DNA of 64,000 bases, taken from the NCBI GenBank assembly GCA_964556395.1, contig CAZKVR010000005.1, positions 1,470 through 65,469 of the forward strand, given 5' to 3'. This document shows positions 39,680 to 48,600 of this stretch, one piece after another. Every line of letters starts with the position of its first letter. Position 1 is the stretch's first letter. The position numbers were made by a program, and so were the translations under genes. The stretch comes from an uncultured Methanosarcinales archaeon. GTDB lineage: Archaea; Nanobdellota; Nanobdellia; Woesearchaeales; WJKR01. The notes beneath the pieces were generated by a model. The model had not been told where the DNA came from. It saw only the letters and a program-made list of their open reading frames with translations, and did not search any database.

Positions 39680-39928
39680 GTGATCATGACAGAAGATATT
39701 TCAAAGAACACGCTGCTTGTCCTCGTCGTACTCACTATCGTCGTCTCCCTCTTGGGGACGTGGACGGTGATCAACGAGGCGAGCAAGGTCCGCGTGGCCG
39801 ACGAGCAAGCGGATGACAACCCCTCCACCACCGGCAAGGTATCCCTCTCCGTCAAAGAGGCTCCGGAGCCGGTCGGCGCGACGGGGCAGGTAGTGCTCAA
39901 CATCATAAACGAAGGAGCGGAGGAATGA
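39680..39928 (+). CDS. small N-terminally anchored pilin-like/secreted protein
   Basis: 82 aa; MIMTEDISKNTLLVLVVLTIVVSLLG hydrophobic N-terminus related to N-termini of 39935, 42290 and 42550 genes. Confidence 0.35.
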   Translation: MIMTEDISKNTLLVLVVLTIVVSLLGTWTVINEASKVRVADEQADDNPSTTGKVSLSVKEAPEPVGATGQVVLNIINEGAEE

Positions 39929-39934
39929 CTAAAA

Positions 39935-40594
39935 ATGGATATTTCTAACAAGACCTTGGCAATGTTCCTGGTGGCAGCGATCGTCGTCTCTATCGCTGGG
40001 ACCACCATCAGCTTGAACAAGCTGGAGACGATGAGGGAAGGACCGACCGGTTATGCGACGTACGATGAGGGTAACGTCAGCCTGACAGTGTCGGACAGCT
40101 TGTCCATCGTGCTTGAGAATGACCGGGACCTTCTCAACTTCGGCTCGTGCCAGCCTCCGGAAGATGGTATAGTCATCGATTCGGACGCGGATTGGGGCGG
40201 TGCAAAACACGACGGCGCTTGTGGAGGTTACTCTGATGAAGGATTCCTCCAACTCCGCAACAACGGCAACATGGACGCGAACGTCACGATGAACGTCACG
40301 GACGCGGGCGAGGCCCATGGCGGTACATTCCTGGAAAGCAATGATGCTTTAGGCTCGTGGATCGCTTACAAGATCGCGAACAACACTGACCACCCTGGCT
40401 GCGTCAGTGGTGCGGCGACGAACTATACGAACATCACCAATGCCGATAGGCAAGATCTCCCTGCATGCGACAACCTCCAAGCAGCCGGGAATGACCACAG
40501 TATGAACCTTTACGCTAAGGTCTATCTGCCTCAGACGACACATATAGGACAGGACGACCTCCAGATAACGTTCTGGGCTCAGGAGGCCTCGTGA
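39935..40594 (+). CDS. N-terminally anchored surface protein, paralog family A
   Basis: 219 aa; MDISNKTLAMFLVAAIVVSIAG anchor; shares NGNMDANVT, GEAHGG, WIAYK, TFWA motifs with 42550 gene; several Cys and N-x-T sequons. Confidence 0.4.
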   Translation: MDISNKTLAMFLVAAIVVSIAGTTISLNKLETMREGPTGYATYDEGNVSLTVSDSLSIVLENDRDLLNFGSCQPPEDGIVIDSDADWGGAKHDGACGGYSDEGFLQLRNNGNMDANVTMNVTDAGEAHGGTFLESNDALGSWIAYKIANNTDHPGCVSGAATNYTNITNADRQDLPACDNLQAAGNDHSMNLYAKVYLPQTTHIGQDDLQITFWAQEAS

Positions 40595-41805
40595 TCAGGA
40601 TGAGATTTTTTTCTTCAATATTTTTCCTCTCTTTCATAGTCCTCTCGATTCCCATAGCGACTGCGATAGGGGTTTCTCCGGCCAAGTACGAGTTGGACTT
40701 CGTGCCTGGGCACGAGCTAGACCTGTCGTTCAGCGTGAGGAACAGCCTCGACCACGAGGTTCCCATAAGCATAAGCCTCAGCGGGAGGTTCGCTGACAAC
40801 GCCACCTTGTCGCAGGAGCAGATATCAGTCCCGGCCAGGAACCATGAGGAGTTCGACCTCAATCTCGCCCTTCCTGAGAGCGTCGACAAGCCTGGCAAGA
40901 ACATCCTTAAGGTGAACATCGTGGAGGATGTCGACAGCTCAGGTATCAGCGCGCGGACGGGCGTCCGCGCCATCGTCGTCGTGCACGTACCCTATCCTGG
41001 GCGGTACGCTGAAATAACCTCGTTCAAGGTCGGCGGCGAGAAGGGCGGTGTGAACGAAGGCCAAAACGCCTCTATGGAGTTTTCGGTCATCAACCGCGGT
41101 AAGGAAGCCTTGGCCGGCACGGAGGCTGAGATGACGCTCTCGCAGGACGGCGAGGCAGTCTTGGAGGAGTCGTTCGGCGACATATCGATGGCTCCTGGCG
41201 AGACGCATACGGGTTCTGCCCGGCTCGACACGTCTTCATTGCCTGCGGGCGCGTATGACGCCCGGCTCGACTATCATTATGATGACGTCACGCGTACTTC
41301 CGAACATAGGTTCCTGGTCGGCTACCTCGACGTTGACCTCTCAAAGCACCCTGAAGTCGTTGAGAAACAGGGTATCGTGAAGTTCCCAATAAGGGTGTCG
41401 AACAAGTGGGGTTCCACCGTCGAGGTGTCAGGACACGTCGAGGTCGGCGGGCAACGCACTGACGAATCATCCGCCGTCCGTCTGGACGCTTTCGAGCAGA
41501 GGGGTTTGACGACCTATCTGGACACGAATGCCATGGATTTCGGTCTTCACGAGGGCGAGGTGGTCTTGCGTTTCGAGCGCGTCGGCAAGTCCGATGACGC
41601 CGACGACCCTCTCAACAAGGAGCACACGAAGCGCGTCCCTGTCACGTTCAACCTCACGGAACCTCGCGAGGCCGTGGAGGAGAGTCCTGGCTTCATCAGC
41701 GAGGGGTCCTTGCTTCCGGTCGTCATCGTGGTGCTCGTCATCCTCCTCTTGGTCAACGGTTTCTTCATGGTCCGCGCCCTGGCGTCGCGGCGCGGGAAGG
41801 AGTGA
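40591..41805 (+). CDS. secreted CARDB-like domain protein with PGF-CTERM-like C-terminal anchor
   Basis: Signal peptide MIRMRFFSSIFFLSFIVLSIPIATA, CARDB-like beta-sandwich segments, C-terminal SPGF...LLPVVIVVLVILLLV...RRGKE. Confidence 0.45.
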   Translation: MIRMRFFSSIFFLSFIVLSIPIATAIGVSPAKYELDFVPGHELDLSFSVRNSLDHEVPISISLSGRFADNATLSQEQISVPARNHEEFDLNLALPESVDKPGKNILKVNIVEDVDSSGISARTGVRAIVVVHVPYPGRYAEITSFKVGGEKGGVNEGQNASMEFSVINRGKEALAGTEAEMTLSQDGEAVLEESFGDISMAPGETHTGSARLDTSSLPAGAYDARLDYHYDDVTRTSEHRFLVGYLDVDLSKHPEVVEKQGIVKFPIRVSNKWGSTVEVSGHVEVGGQRTDESSAVRLDAFEQRGLTTYLDTNAMDFGLHEGEVVLRFERVGKSDDADDPLNKEHTKRVPVTFNLTEPREAVEESPGFISEGSLLPVVIVVLVILLLVNGFFMVRALASRRGKE

Positions 41806-41808
41806 CGC

Positions 41809-42249
41809 ATGATGGCTGGATGGTTCCTTGGTGTGCGGAGTCTCTTCTGGATGGCCGCGGCTTTGGCTGCGGCTCTTCTCGTGTTGGTCGCGCTCGTATG
41901 GATCCTCACTCCAGTGCACACGACGAGTATCGGGACAGAGGTCCAGGTGTCTGACTACGTGGGTTTCAAGCTCGATACCGACAAGCTATACTTCGGCACG
42001 GTCTCCCCTGGCAATGGTGCGACTAGGCGGGCGACGTTGGATATCCCTGACGATTCGTTCGTCATGGTGAGGGTTGAGGGGGAGATGGCCTCGTGGGTGA
42101 CCCCTATCCCTTCGGAAGCGTTGGTTTCGGGCGGCCCACAGGATATCTTTTTCCGGTTGGAGACTCCAGGCGGTGTTGAGCCCGGCAACTACTCGTCGAC
42201 CGTCCGCGTGACCGCTTACAGGCCTGCTGCGCGTTGGTTCTTGGGTTGA
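41809..42249 (+). CDS. N-terminally anchored small surface protein
   Basis: 146 aa, N-terminal TM then beta-rich domain. Confidence 0.3.
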   Translation: MMAGWFLGVRSLFWMAAALAAALLVLVALVWILTPVHTTSIGTEVQVSDYVGFKLDTDKLYFGTVSPGNGATRRATLDIPDDSFVMVRVEGEMASWVTPIPSEALVSGGPQDIFFRLETPGGVEPGNYSSTVRVTAYRPAARWFLG

Positions 42250-42289
42250 GCGCAATCCTTATTAATGAGAGCCGACCGCTACGTCAGGT

Positions 42290-42517
42290 ATGGATTCCCG
42301 TAAGATGATGTTGGTCGTCATCAATGTAGCGTTGGTCATCCTTGTGGTATCGGTCTCGGTCTTGCTGGTGGCGATGCTCGATACGGACGGGTCAGGAGAG
42401 TCTTCTACAGGTGAGGACATTCCTTCGGGACGCATCAGTATCGACGTGGTCTCTCCTAATGCCACTTCTGGTGACGGCAACGCCTCGCTCGTTGATGAGA
42501 CAGACCATAATGCTTAA
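42290..42517 (+). CDS. small pilin-like protein
   Basis: 75 aa; MDSRKMMLVVINVALVILVVSVSVLLVAML then acidic Ser/Gly-rich tail. Confidence 0.3.
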   Translation: MDSRKMMLVVINVALVILVVSVSVLLVAMLDTDGSGESSTGEDIPSGRISIDVVSPNATSGDGNASLVDETDHNA

Positions 42518-42549
42518 ATAGGCGGTGAACGCTGGAGAGTCGTGTAATC

Positions 42550-43194
42550 ATGGATAACAAGCGCGTGTTGGGCGTCATGGCTTTGATGCTGGTAATCTTC
42601 GTGGTTGGCTTCGTGCTCTCCATAGGGTTGTTGCAGCAGGTGGTTGACAGGAGCGATCCTGTGAGCGGCCACGCGACGTCAGACTCCGGTAATATCTCAA
42701 TCACCATATCGACGGGGGTATCGATCACCACGGCTGACGATGGCACTATCAATTTTACCGGCTGCAGCGCGGGCGGCACAATATTCTCTGATGTGGAGAA
42801 CGGTAGCGATGAGGATGTCTGCCCTTCGTTCTTGCCTGACAGTATCCTCGTCCGTAATGATGGGGGCATGGATGCGAACGTCACGTTGCAGGCTTCTGAT
42901 TGGGGTGAGGCTCATGGCGGCTCGTTCTTGGATGCCGCTACTGATGATTCCTGGATCGCTTATAAGGTATCCAACTCGTCTTCGAACTCTTCTTTTTCGG
43001 GCGGTTGCGTCGGCGGCTTCCCTCAGGATTGGACGAACATCACTGATGGTAATGAGACTTTGGTGTGTGATACCTTGCTGCCTGACGGTGTGAACAATAG
43101 CGTTGAGTTCGACGTCGCCATCTTCATCCCGGAGTCTGTCGAGACTGGTGAGAACACGTTGACCTTGACGTTCTGGGCGAGCGCGGTCATTTGA
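42550..43194 (+). CDS. N-terminally anchored surface protein, paralog family A
   Basis: 214 aa; MDNKRVLGVMALMLVIFVVGFVL anchor; shared motifs with 39935 gene. Confidence 0.4.
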   Translation: MDNKRVLGVMALMLVIFVVGFVLSIGLLQQVVDRSDPVSGHATSDSGNISITISTGVSITTADDGTINFTGCSAGGTIFSDVENGSDEDVCPSFLPDSILVRNDGGMDANVTLQASDWGEAHGGSFLDAATDDSWIAYKVSNSSSNSSFSGGCVGGFPQDWTNITDGNETLVCDTLLPDGVNNSVEFDVAIFIPESVETGENTLTLTFWASAVI

Positions 43195-43233
43195 AGGCTT
43201 TCTTGAACGAAAAGCTTTTAATACTTCCTTGGA

Positions 43234-45231
43234 GTGGTATTGCGTATGGATAGGGTGTTGCTGGGTTCCTCCTTGGTGTTCGTCGCGCTCTTGCTCTTGG
43301 GTGGGGGCGTCCTCTTCCTGGAGGGTCAGGATTCGTTGGAGTTCCCGTTCACGGGCCAGGCTACTGATAGCTTCCTCTTCTTGTGCATCAATGATCCTCC
43401 TAGTTTGGAGTTCTCGTGTCCGGATACGATAAACCAGACTACGCGGGTGACTGATAACACGGTGACCTGTCAGTTGAACGCTTCCGATCCTGATAATGAT
43501 TCGTTGGTTCTTTCCGTGGGTCCTGGTAACTTGTCGGAGTGGGCTTGGATCAATGACTCTGGCTGGTTGTGGTTGCGTCCGCGCCAGGATCAGGTCGGTG
43601 TGAATGGTTTGACGGTCTCCGCCCGTGACGCTTCCGGCTGCGCCAACGGCCTCGTCGAGGAGGAGTATGAGCTTACGGTCCTTGACATCAATGATCCTCC
43701 GGAGTATTTCAAGACCATCCCTGATGTCGAGTTCATGCAGGGGAGCAGTTCGTCTCCTTACACGTTGTATGATCACTTCCGGGATCCTGATCGCGACCCG
43801 TTGTCGTTCGAGGTTTTCGGCACTGACGTGGTGTCCGCTTCTGTCAATCCTGATAGTGGTATGGTGAACTTTAGGGCTGATGATGATTGCGGTACTGATT
43901 ACTTGTTGTTCCGGGCGACGGATCCTTTTAATGCTTCTGCTGAGAGCGATGTCGTCCAGGTCAAGGTTATCTGTAAGGAGGATCAGGAGTCCGGCGGTGG
44001 CGGCGGTGGCGGCGGTGGTTCGTTCTCGCCTTGCACTCCGAAGTGGAAGTGTGATGATTGGTCTGAGTGCTTGCCTAATGGTACGCGGTACAAGGAGTGT
44101 ATCGATTTGAATGGTTGTAATCCTAATGATTATGAGCGTACGTTCTGGGAGAACTGCACGTACGTCCCGACTTGTTCTGATGGCATCCAGAACCAGGGTG
44201 AGGAGGGTGTCGATTGCGGCGGGCCGTGCCCGCCTTGCGGTACGTGCTTCGATGGCATCCAGAACAATGATGAGGAGGGTGTCGATTGCGGTGGTGAGTA
44301 TTGCGAGCCTTGTAAGAATTGTTCTGATGGCATCCAGAATTGGGGTGAGACCGGGGTCGACTGCGGCGGGCCGTGCCCGCCTTGTCCTTCATGCTTCGAT
44401 GGCATCCAGAACCAGAATGAGACCGGTATCGATTGCGGCGGGCCGTGCCCGCCTTGCGCTGTCGAGGAGTCTCCCGGGATCGCTGAGGAGCAGTCGAATG
44501 TGACCTTGTTGCTTATGGTGTCGGGCGGTTTCTTGTTGGCCTTGCTCATTCTCTTCCGGTTGTATCACCGTCAGATCGTGAAGGCTGTGGCTCGTCTCGG
44601 CGTCGTGTTGACGCGTCATAAGCGTAAGCAGGTGTTGTTGTCCAAGGCTGAGAAGGAGTCGTTGTTGGCTGGTATCATCTCGTTGGAGGCGAAGCTTGAG
44701 GAGCGTACCGAGCCTGCGAGTTCTCTCTTGGAGTCTCTTACGTTGTTGTCCCGTTCGTTTTTCAGGTTCGCGTTGGACTTGGTGGAGTCGTTCCAGGCTC
44801 CTGACATGGAGGGGGCTTTGAAGGAGCTGGTGAAGCATCGTTCGTTGCGGAAGGTGTTGGAGCGTTTCTTCGTGGTGACGCGGACTGCGGAGCAGGCTGT
44901 TGTCGAGCATTCCTATGTCGAGGTCGAGTTGTTCTTGGAGGAGTTGCGTCTGCTTGTCTTTGAGACCAGCGATGCTTCTGCTGAGGACCTGGTCCATGAG
45001 GCTAAGGAGAAGGATGTTTCCGGTTCGGTGTTGGAGCGTTGTTCGGCGGCGTTCTTCGACGTGTTGTTGGCGTTGGAGTTCGAGGAGTTGGAGTCTGCGC
45101 GTCAGCGGTACGTCCAGCTCGTCGCGGCGTATGAGGAGTTGCCTGAGGGTCGTAAGGCTGAGGTGTACGATCGCGTCGTGCGGGCGTATCATCATCTGAA
45201 GTATGCTTATTCTTGGTCTGATAGGGGTTGA
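43234..45231 (+). CDS. type I membrane protein with cadherin/Ig-like modules, poly-Gly linker, four tandem Cys-rich repeats, TM and ~240-aa cytoplasmic helical tail
   Basis: Signal/TM N-terminus; INDPP motifs; repeat units C[SF]DGIQN..E.G[VI]DCGG.C.PC x4; TM VTLLLMVSGGFLLALLILF; acidic N-glycosylation-sequon-rich ectodomain. Confidence 0.5.
   Translation: MVLRMDRVLLGSSLVFVALLLLGGGVLFLEGQDSLEFPFTGQATDSFLFLCINDPPSLEFSCPDTINQTTRVTDNTVTCQLNASDPDNDSLVLSVGPGNLSEWAWINDSGWLWLRPRQDQVGVNGLTVSARDASGCANGLVEEEYELTVLDINDPPEYFKTIPDVEFMQGSSSSPYTLYDHFRDPDRDPLSFEVFGTDVVSASVNPDSGMVNFRADDDCGTDYLLFRATDPFNASAESDVVQVKVICKEDQESGGGGGGGGGSFSPCTPKWKCDDWSECLPNGTRYKECIDLNGCNPNDYERTFWENCTYVPTCSDGIQNQGEEGVDCGGPCPPCGTCFDGIQNNDEEGVDCGGEYCEPCKNCSDGIQNWGETGVDCGGPCPPCPSCFDGIQNQNETGIDCGGPCPPCAVEESPGIAEEQSNVTLLLMVSGGFLLALLILFRLYHRQIVKAVARLGVVLTRHKRKQVLLSKAEKESLLAGIISLEAKLEERTEPASSLLESLTLLSRSFFRFALDLVESFQAPDMEGALKELVKHRSLRKVLERFFVVTRTAEQAVVEHSYVEVELFLEELRLLVFETSDASAEDLVHEAKEKDVSGSVLERCSAAFFDVLLALEFEELESARQRYVQLVAAYEELPEGRKAEVYDRVVRAYHHLKYAYSWSDRG
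43993..44018 (+). repeat. (GGY)n simple sequence repeat encoding 9 consecutive Gly
   Basis: ggcggtggcggcggtggcggcggtggt within 43234 gene. Confidence 0.6.
44173..44463 (+). repeat. four tandem ~72-75 bp coding repeats (Cys-rich module CxDGIQNxxExGxDCGGxCxPC)
   Basis: Near-identical tgttctgatggcatccagaacc...gattgcggcgggccgtgcccgccttg units; off-frame ORF-track translations (e.g. 44111-44503) show the same periodicity. Confidence 0.75.
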
Positions 45232-45261
45232 ATGGTTGTCAGAAGCGGAAGTTTTTTATAG

Positions 45262-45340
45262 CAGAGAGTTAAGTTAATATACTATAGTTAGCTAAAAAAA
45301 CTAACTTTAATAAGTTAACTAAGTTAGTTAAGTTATATTT
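45262..45340. promoter_or_regulatory. AT-rich operator-like array of AGTTA(A/G)/TTAACT half-sites and palindromes upstream of tandem RHH genes
   Basis: gttaagttaa, palindrome agttagctaaaaaaactaact, taagttaactaagttagttaagtta; TATA-like gttatattt ~20 nt before GTG 45356. Confidence 0.45.
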
Positions 45341-45355
45341 TTGGTGTGGAAGACC

Positions 45356-45490
45356 GTGGCCAACATCAACATCAGCATCCCAGAAGACCTGCACCGCAAC
45401 CTTAAAATAAGGGCTGCGACAGAAGGCAAGAGTCTGAAAACAGTAGTGCTGGAAGGCCTGAAGAGGAAGCCGCAGAGGAGAAAGGCATGA
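45356..45490 (+). CDS. ribbon-helix-helix (CopG/Arc-like) DNA-binding protein 1 (GTG start)
   Basis: 44 aa; ANINISIPEDLHRNLKIRAATEGKSLKTVVLEGL classic RHH beta-strand + helices; not in ORF track (<60 aa). Confidence 0.6.
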   Translation: MANINISIPEDLHRNLKIRAATEGKSLKTVVLEGLKRKPQRRKA

Positions 45491-45627
45491 CGAACATCAA
45501 CATCAGCATCCCCGACGACCTCCACAAAGAACTCAAAGTAGCCGCCGCCATAGAAGAGAAACCGCTCAAGACAGTGGTAGTAGAGCGATTGGAAGCGCAC
45601 GCAAGGAAGAGAGGTGGCGGCCGATGA
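45487..45627 (+). CDS. ribbon-helix-helix DNA-binding protein 2
   Basis: 46 aa; TNINISIPDDLHKELKVAAAIEEKPLKTVVVERL paralog of RHH-1; ATGA overlaps with both RHH-1 stop and downstream giant gene start. Confidence 0.6.
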   Translation: MTNINISIPDDLHKELKVAAAIEEKPLKTVVVERLEAHARKRGGGR

Positions 45628-48600
45628 ACAAGAACCGCCTGCTAGCGACGCTAGCAGCAGCCCTTGTCATCCTCACACCCCTCCTCACAGGGTTGAGCAT
45701 GGACGAAGGACCCTTCATCGACTCCAAGACCACGACCGAGGACGAGCTCGAGTGCGCCTGGACCGGCTCTCCAGACACGACAAGCCAGAACGCGACGTGG
45801 TACAACGGGAGCACGGTCCACACAGGCCCGAATTCCATCTCATTAAGCCAGAACAAGAGCTCGATACCGTCGTACACCGCGAGGAAAGACGAGAACTGGA
45901 CCTGCGAGGTGACGCTCTCGAACGGCACGGCCACGGAATCTCTCAACACCTCGGTCGTCATCAAGAACGCGTTGCCCACGGCACCGAACGCGACCGACGA
46001 GACGCTCTACGAGGACCAGACCCGAGAGATCAAGGTGGAGAGCACGGACGCCGACAACGACACGATACGATACTCCAAACTATACGAATCAGAACCAGCA
46101 TACTGTGAGATCGGAGAATACACCGGAATTATAACCTGCGACCCCACCGAGAGCGACATCGGAGTCTCCAACGCGACCTGGCTCGCCAGCGACGGCGACT
46201 CGGACTACATCGCGAAAGCGAACGTCACGTACACGGTCATAGAAGTGAACGACCCGCCTACGGCGAGCGTCGAGGACCAGGAAGTGCTGGAAGGGGAGAC
46301 GTTCCGGTACAACATCACCGCCACGGACGAGGAAGACCACTTCCCCATAGACTTCACCGTGGAGAGCAACCTGTCCTCCGTGAACTACACGGTCCTCGAT
46401 GACAACGAGGTGCAGGTCTACCTGGGAGACGACGGGGTTGCGACCTATGCCGATGTGGGCACCTGGTGGATCAGGATCAACATGACGGACAACGGCCCGT
46501 CCTCAAACACACCCTACGATGATCCGAACGGCACCGCCACGTTCAACCTCACCGTCAACAGCACCAACCACGCCCCGAACATCACGACCGACTTCGAGAC
46601 CTACGATCCGGAAGGAGTGCAAGGCGAGGAGTTCGTGTTCGACGTCAACGCGACCGACATCGACGAGACGGACGCGCTCGTCTTCGGCATCACGAGCAAC
46701 TGCAGCCTCTCGAACCCGTGGAGCATCGACACCATCAACGGGAGCGCCTCCAACGCCTCAGGAAGGGTGAACGAGACGCTCACCAACAGCCACGTGGCGT
46801 GCAGGTGGGTGAACGTCACGGTCTCGGACGACGAAGAGACCACATGGGAAGCCGTATTCCTCAACCTGACAAACACGAACGACCAGCCGGCCATCCATGA
46901 GGAGAGCTTCTACTCAAGCAACAACGGCGGCGACAACATGAGCAACCTCACGACGGTGAAGGGACGGGAGTTCTGGTACCGCGTCAACGCGACCGACCCC
47001 GACGAGCTGACCTACGAAGACGAGACCCTCACATTCAGCGACAACAGCACGAACGACATCGCGGTCAACGAGACGACCGGCGTCGTCTCCTTCACGCCCG
47101 ACGACAGCCACATCGGAAACCACGTCATAAGGGTGAACGTGAGCGACGACGACGGCGCGTGGGCGGCCCGCGACCTCCACCTAGAGGTGAAGAACAACAC
47201 CGCCCCCCAACTGCAACCGCTCGGCAACGTCACTTGCAAGCAGGACGAACAATGCGAGGTGTTCGTAGAGGCGTACGACCCGGACCCTGCCGAGAACCTC
47301 GAATTCACGAGCAACAACACAGAGGTCTTCCCGCTCTCAGACTACAACGAGACCGCCCGCGTAGTCGACTACACCCCGACGAACAGCGACGTAGGGACCT
47401 ATAGGGTGAACGTGACCGTCGAGGACAGGTACGGCTTCACGGACGTGGAAGAGTTCACCTTCACCGTCAACAACACGAACGACCCGCCTTCACTACCGGA
47501 AGTCGACTTCGGCACGGTCGTGGCAGACCACCCGGTCAACATGATCGTGGAAGTATCGGACCCTGACGTGGATATCGGATTGGACAACCTCTCCTACAAT
47601 TGGGAGTTCCTCAAGGACGACCAAGGCCTGAACGAGACGTTCGCCTTCATCGACGAGGGGAATTCGTCCTTCACCATAGGCTTCACGCCGGACGCCAGCC
47701 ACGTCGGCACGTACTGGGTCAACCTCTCGGTGACCGACATCGGGAACCTGACCGACTGGGAGAACGTGTCTTTCGAGGTGTTGCCGAAGACCTCGTCGCC
47801 AGAGGTCGAAGGAGTCATGCCGTACTGGAACGCCTCCGCCAACCGGACCGAACTGGACTCGTTCGGCAACGCGTCACTGTTCACTGACCGAACGGTGGCT
47901 GTCAACGTGTCCGAGAACATGAGCGTGGCTTATGATGCTCTCATCACGAACGACACCGGCATCGAGAACAACTCCCTCACGTACGAGTGGTTCGTCGATG
48001 GAGAACCCAATAAGACCTTGACAGGCGTGGAACCGGGCGCGAACTCGTCTATAGAGATCCCGTACGGCTTCTTCGACGCGGGGGACCACGAGGTCGTCGT
48101 GAGGGCGACCGACGAGCGTTATGCGACGGTGAACTGGACGTGGGACGTCACGGTGGCTGACGTCAACAGGCCTCCAGAGCTCCGCAACCCGCTCGACAAC
48201 GTGACGCTGAACACGTCCACGTCGATATCGCATTACATGAGCTACCGTTATGGGAAGGTAGACAACAAGTCCGAACGGCTCCAGCTCTTCTACGACCCTG
48301 ACGACGACCTCGACGGCGACGGCAAGCGAGGAGAGGACACCGGAGAAGGCACCAACCTGTCGTACAGCATCACGCCGGAATACGACTGCTCGGTAGCCTC
48401 TATCTCGCACTCCGGAGACGACCTGGACCTCAAGCCGAAAAAGGAGGGGACGTGCATCATCAAGTTCCGGGCGACGGACCCCGCGGGCGAGTTCGTCGAC
48501 AGCAACAACGTGTGGATCACGGTGACGAGCGTCCAGGTCGAGGAGACCGAGACGCCGGTGAGCTCCGGCGGCGGCGCGACGAGACCCCGTCCGATACCCT

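Noticed and set aside
39490-40020. 176-aa minus-strand ORF
   Set aside because: Overlaps tRNA-Asn and the pilin-like gene; Ser/Ala/Thr-rich low-complexity
44111-44549. Several 90-140-aa ORFs in alternate frames and strand
   Set aside because: They merely re-read the tandem DNA repeats of the 43234 gene (periodic SRTRMR/GHGPPQSTP translations)
45262-45340. Possible CRISPR array
   Set aside because: Repeats are 6-10 nt AT-rich palindromes without spacers; no cas genes nearby; better explained as an operator array
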